Shown: piece by piece, positions 63,886-64,000 of the stretch
How positions within the stretch are numbered: the first letter of the stretch is position 1
Layout: the number at the start of each line of letters is the position of its first letter
Assembly (NCBI GenBank): GCA_000320545.1
Contig: ADNK01000063.1
Coordinates: 1-64,000, forward strand
DNA from: Bigelowiella natans CCMP2755
Taxonomy: Eukaryota > Protista > Cercozoa
Length of the DNA: 64,000 nucleotides
Direction: 5' to 3'
The notes under the pieces: model-generated
What the model was told of the DNA's origin: nothing
Seen by the model: the letters and a program-made list of their open reading frames with translations, nothing else
Databases searched by the model: none
Program-made: the position numbers and the translations under genes

Positions 63886-64000
63886 CTTGATTTTATGCTA
63901 ACACTCGTCAACCAAGGTCCATCACAAGAAGTGTAGTTTTCCCCCCCGCGAGAAAATCCCTCAGAAAACCTTGCAAAATAGCAACAATATCAGGAACATG

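Noticed and set aside
1-64000. tRNA/rRNA genes
   Set aside because: The GTTCG(A) matches I examined (~21702, 32033, 36997) lack cloverleaf context, and no rRNA-like sequence was seen; small ncRNAs cannot be excluded by eye.
1-64000. Alternative genetic code or non-canonical splicing
   Set aside because: The conserved genes I translated read in the standard code, use TAA, TAG and TGA as stops, and join at GT-AG introns.

Overview
Gene-dense, intron-rich eukaryotic nuclear DNA. It is most likely a chlorarachniophyte (Bigelowiella/Lotharella-like Rhizaria); this is inferred from bipartite signal+transit leaders on plastid proteins, a signal-peptide-bearing 80S ribosomal protein eL39 and a DASH Ask1 gene. 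The window opens in a Ty3/Gypsy retrotransposon (minus strand, one open gag-pol frame running off the left edge, PBS, putative LTR). About 16 genes follow in almost strictly alternating orientation: ICMT-family, Tim17/22, membrane lipase-3, intronless HIT-like, Ask1, PH-repeat inositol 5-phosphatase, eL39, Cdc25, two uncertain small genes, fibrillin, DUF1997, a Tudor-like membrane protein, SCOT, class IV-like HDAC, V-ATPase d and one unknown. The strongest unexplained signal is a 'reverse-RIP'-like hypermutation. Blocks 3' of genes, holding hAT/MITE relics, and the putative LTR have lost almost all TpA while keeping CpG. Paired repeat copies show TG in one and CA in the other at the same site, and surviving TpA sits mainly in CTAG. 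Also notable are four independent 55-57 bp tandem duplications at splice junctions. Gene models were spliced by eye, so some exon boundaries and starts are approximate.
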